Below, piece by piece: positions 59,726 through 64,000 of a DNA stretch of 64,000 nt (position 1 is its first letter; each line of letters opens with the position of its first letter). Below the pieces are notes generated by a model. The model was not told where the DNA came from. It saw only the letters and a program-made list of their open reading frames with translations, and did not search any database. Position numbers and translations under genes: made by a program. The DNA is taken from positions 10,710,709 through 10,774,708 of the forward strand of contig CAJINV010000002.1 of assembly GCA_905178155.1 (NCBI GenBank), given 5' to 3'. Source of the DNA: Amoebophrya sp. A120. Its lineage: Eukaryota; Protista; Dinoflagellata.

Positions 59726-62487
59726 ATGAGCCTCCTCCCAGGAAGTAGCTCTAGCGACAACACTGGCGGTGCACTGCTGCAGCAGCAGCAGTTCGGTGCG
59801 CAGCAACAACATCATCAACAGCACTTGAATACTTTTTGGCCAGGTAGTTGCCCGAGCGGCGGCACAGCAAGTGCCAACGGTCATCTCCACACAGGCTTGC
59901 AGCAACCGCCGTCCGCCGTATTGCAGCACCGACAGCCCCCGGCAGGCATTTACGCGAGGAGTTTTGGAGTAGCTGGACCCCCGGGAGGACCCGGAGTTGC
60001 ACCGCCAGTGTTTGCCTTTCCACAACAATCGAACGCCCACAACCATCTGCAACCAGCACACCGACAGCACGACCACGTGCAACCAGGCGGAGGGCGACTG
60101 TCGTATTCGACCAACACGTCAGGACAATTTGCCGCTCAGCACCAGCCGCAACAGCAGCAGCAGCAGCAGACATCACAGGTGCTGCCGCCCCCGCCCTCGA
60201 ATAGGCTGATGGCGAAGCCGAAGGTTCGGATAACGCGGCCAGGAGCTGGTGGAGAGCACAACACCGCGTCCACGCACCCGAAGGCTTCGATTGCCGGTGC
60301 GGCGAACAGCGACCCCTTGCACAAGCAGGTGATCAAACCAGAGAAGGACAAAAAGCCGGACAAACCGAAGCCGGTGAAGCCGGACAAGCCCAAACTGGTC
60401 AAGCCCGACAAACCCCGCTGTTCCGCGATGAAGACAACCTGTCGCCCGGACAAAATTGACATGTGCGGGGGCGCCGGCCGGGGAGCCGCCGCGATGACAG
60501 GGCAGCAGCAGGTGGTCTTTCACCACCACCAGCAGTCGGCGGCAAGCAGTGTCAACAAAACCTGCGGCGCAGGACCAGCCGCGGCGGAAGACTCCGACGT
60601 GGAGATGAACGTGGAGTCTTCGCAGGAAGACGTCGAGATGGCAGACGAGAACGCCAACAACGAGGGAAGTGAGCAACAGCTTGTAATGAAGAAAGGAAGA
60701 AGTTGCAACAACAAAAGCGCCACTTCCTCATCTGCACCAGGCGGTACTATCAAAAACGTCGCTCAACAGCAGCATCCAAGTTTTGCTGTCACAACAAATG
60801 ATAACTCTACTTTCGGTGGTGCGGGCGCTTTATTCCCGCGAAGCACCAGCACGGTATCGACGCACATCGACTCCACGAGGCCGTCAACGAGGGAGAGCTC
60901 CGTGCAGTCGGTCGACGGGGCGGCATTGGAAGTGTTGACCACAGGGATGAAAAAGAGTTCAGCTGCATCGACGAGCAGCAAAGCGGCCACGCAGCAGAGA
61001 GGTCGGAGTCCGCCGGCTGCGCAGACGGCGCAGAGCGGTTTTCAACAGCAGCCCCCTCAGCAGACGGCACAGACAAGCATGAAGGTTGCTCGAGGGAAAG
61101 CCAAGGCCAAAGCAAAGGCAGTTGCCTCAACGGGGGGAGGCAGCAGTTCTTCTGCCTCTTCATCATCCTCAGCAACGACCGCGAAGACGGTCGGAGGACC
61201 AGCTGCTGCGGCGCCAGTAGCAAAAAGTACGTTCCAGATACCAGGGGATCCGTTTTTCGCAGGCGCCAGTGGATCCTTTGCAGTACAGTCCGTACGGAAA
61301 CCACAACCGCCGGCCGTCACAACGACGCCGCACTCGGGAGGCAAAGGGAAGGGCCGGCGGCCCGGCGGGAAACCGGCCGTGGCGCAGATCGTTGATCCGG
61401 ACAGTCACAAAACGGTAGTGGAGCGCGACATCGACGAGATGATGAAGCAAGGTCTGATCTTGGACTTCGAGAAGCCGGACATTCTGCCCTACCTCGTCGA
61501 ACAGCCTCACGCAAATTTGGACCAGTTTGATCGCGACCGACTAGATGCGGCCAAGACGAAAGAATACGGTATAGTACCTGAGTAAAATTCTCGAAGAACT
61601 TCTGCGATTTCCAATAAATGCTACGAGGTTGGTTGTTTTACCGTGTGCAGGTGAGTTTTATGTTGCTGATACAATGATGCTTCTGCTGTTGCCTACTGTA
61701 AAAAAAAAACTCCAGATCTGGACAACTACACCATGGAGAGAGTGCGAGACAGCATGAAACGGGGCAGCTACATCAACCGGTACCGATGGCCGAAGATTAC
61801 CGCCAATGTGGACATTCAGTTCGAGCGGGTCCGGGAAAACGTCCCGAAGGGTAAGCGCAATCTCCAGCCCGAATACTTTCACACAGTAATTGTCTCTTTC
61901 TTGCAAATTCAAGACGAAGAATTTCGCGGAATGGGGCTCGCGCGGCCAATTTTGTTGCGCGCGATCCGCGCTGCAATGCAGGAAAGCGATCAGGTACTTC
62001 ATATACTTGATTTTGGACTTTTTATTTCTCTCCCCTTGCTGGGAATTATATACTAGTATGCACTTACTCAGAGGGGCTGGAGTGTGTGATAACAGGTCAC
62101 CCAGCACGTTTTTGGACGTTCCTCCATAATATCACGCCAAGAGAATGCTCTGTGGTCAGATCGAAGTTGCGTTGAAGGCGCTCCGCTTGCGCAGGTTATC
62201 CGGCGTGGGATTGACATCTTCCGACTCCATGGGCTCGGGACCGAATGAAACTCTATCCAAATAAACTCTTTCAGGCCATCCAGGCGTTGCGGTTTAGAAT
62301 ACGGCCTTCGGACACGAGCGGAAGCGCGACTCTGGCGGCCGAACACGCGCGCCTTGCTTATCTGTACTGTAAAACGGGCCAGACGCTGGATTACGTGCAT
62401 CGCGACTCGCAGTTTTCTCGGACTGGGAACCGGGCAATCGAGATCGTGTTGACCAAGCACCGCTGTGTGCTAGACAAAATCAAGTAG
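59726..62487 (+). CDS. Q/S/P-rich disordered protein with a C-terminal GNAT-like acetyl-CoA-binding motif; probable GT-AG introns 61569-61715, 61994-62095 and 62195-62274
   Basis: The three introns join ORFs 59591, 61733 and 62245 in one frame; LQIQDEEFRGMGLARPILLRAIRAA resembles GNAT motif A (RGxGxA). Confidence 0.6.
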
Positions 62488-64000
62488 CGCATTGCAAAGT
62501 GGAACTACGCGTGAAAACGAGAATGATGTAGTTGACAACCATAAAACTGGAATTCAGCTGCAGGAGCACAGATAGACATAGAATGATGTTACGGCAGGAA
62601 GTCCACGCTTACGCATTCTGATATGTTTGATTGTTGACCAAGAAAAAAGCACGGCAAATCGATGTCAATGTTGCCGGAAGTTATTTGCCCAGGTGAAAAA
62701 TAGTAGAGAACACATTACATGTAGGAAAATCAGCATCGCTAGTACTGTGCGCAAGCAACGCTATCATTAACAACTTTACAACATTCCGACGCAACTTGAT
62801 ACGGCAGCCCGACATTCTAAGCTATGACGCAACGCAATTGAAACGATATCACTCACCAACTGAGATAACTATCCGCTGGATGGAAAAACAAAAAGAATGG
62901 CTACAGAAACTGATGCCAAAAACATATTGCCCCGGCTTTGTACCGCTTTACTCGTTTGCTTTCTTGATGTTACAAGCGTTGCCATTAATATTTCTGACAT
63001 CGGCTACTTCTAGGCGTACGATGATATTAAGAGAGCTGTATCTAGGTAAGTAGCTCGGTGTGGCGCGAATTTGTTTGAAGCATTTCGAGGGTACTAGTTT
63101 TGTAGTTCCGAGAGCTAGTAAGTGCCTTGTGTAAAATAAAGGGCTTTGCCGTTCCCTCCGTTCGTTTTCAAGCTCAGCACAAGGTTGTTGTTTGCGCTGC
63201 AGTTTTGCATCTAGTCCTCAACATCGATTTCATGCGACTGCGTCTCTGGTGCCACTGCTGTCGCGCAACAGGGGCCTACTTTGTGTAGCTTTTCCTAGCG
63301 GCGCGGGTACGTTTTGTTGCTGCGTTTGGCCACTAAAGCTATTCTTGTCCGCTTTCCTTCTCGTCCTCGTCCTGTCGCGAATATAGCCAAGTACTTCTTC
63401 CATTTCTACGCACGTTTTCATCAAATATAGTTGTTGTTTGCGTTTCTGCGTAGCAGGAGCTGCTACGCGTCTGTTAATTTTGGCAAGGATTGTGACGTTA
63501 TGGCAAAAAGGAAGAAGTACCCCCTCCTTGTTCAGGAGGGACTCTGTTGCTCAGCGGAGAAACGGAGAAATCAATTCGGAAAAGATCGAGAAACAGCGAG
63601 TCGATAGTCACTCGAAAGTGAAGCGTTGCTTGCGCCTATCGATCAATAGCGAGAATTAGCGCGATATGTTTGCCACTAATACTGCGCGGAAAGTGAACCA
63701 GAAGAACAAGAAGTCTTGTTTTGATGCTAGAATCTCCATGCTAGCTGCAAAGATAATCAGTAAGTTTAGTTCTGTTCTCAAACGTTTTTACTCATTGTCA
63801 CACCACCGAGACAAGCCACTTGATGGATAGACTTGACATATTCCATAGAGCAATTTGCTATGTCACTACACCCAACAAAGGTAACTGAAACCGGTTGCTG
63901 GATATCGAACTAGTATTCGAGATATGAAATGCAATTGACATCATGATGTTGATCCTACTATCATCGACGTCGCCGACCTTTATAGAGGCGCGACTTAGCA

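Noticed and set aside
62195-62274. Further apparent in-frame TGAs near 62212 and 62246
   Set aside because: Explained by an 80-bp GT-AG intron that restores the frame

Overview
Eukaryotic, gene-dense window. All of the roughly 15 host genes are on the + strand, and the intron style fits a syndinian/dinoflagellate such as Amoebophrya (inference, not proven). Host genes: Mpv17/PMP22 protein, P5-type ATPase, alpha-carbonic-anhydrase-like protein lacking its Zn ligands, LPCAT/PlsC acyltransferase, Na+/Ca2+ exchanger, mitochondrial-type uL14, a GNAT-motif protein and several hypotheticals. The main signal is 11 short (115-322 bp) MITE-like elements from 5 unrelated terminal-inverted-repeat (TIR) families. 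All begin TAT, end ATA, carry a 5-bp target-site duplication (TSD) and sit inside coding sequence. Removing the element plus one TSD copy restores the reading frame in every case and rebuilds conserved motifs, yet no splice register gives GT-AG. They occur in both orientations, show compensatory TIR changes, share an internal GCAT[GC]ACAA motif, cluster in pairs about 60 bp apart and seem to grade into canonical GTAT...AG introns. TIR/direct-repeat introners are known as a class in Amoebophrya; these finer rules are what may be new. The window also holds a full-length Ty1/copia element (odd PBS, in-frame TGA, hydrophobic insert, polarized LTR divergence) nested in a 5'-truncated LINE tail, an intronic minisatellite, a duplicated (GATT)n-tailed element and three isolated in-frame TGA codons. 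All coordinates were counted by hand.
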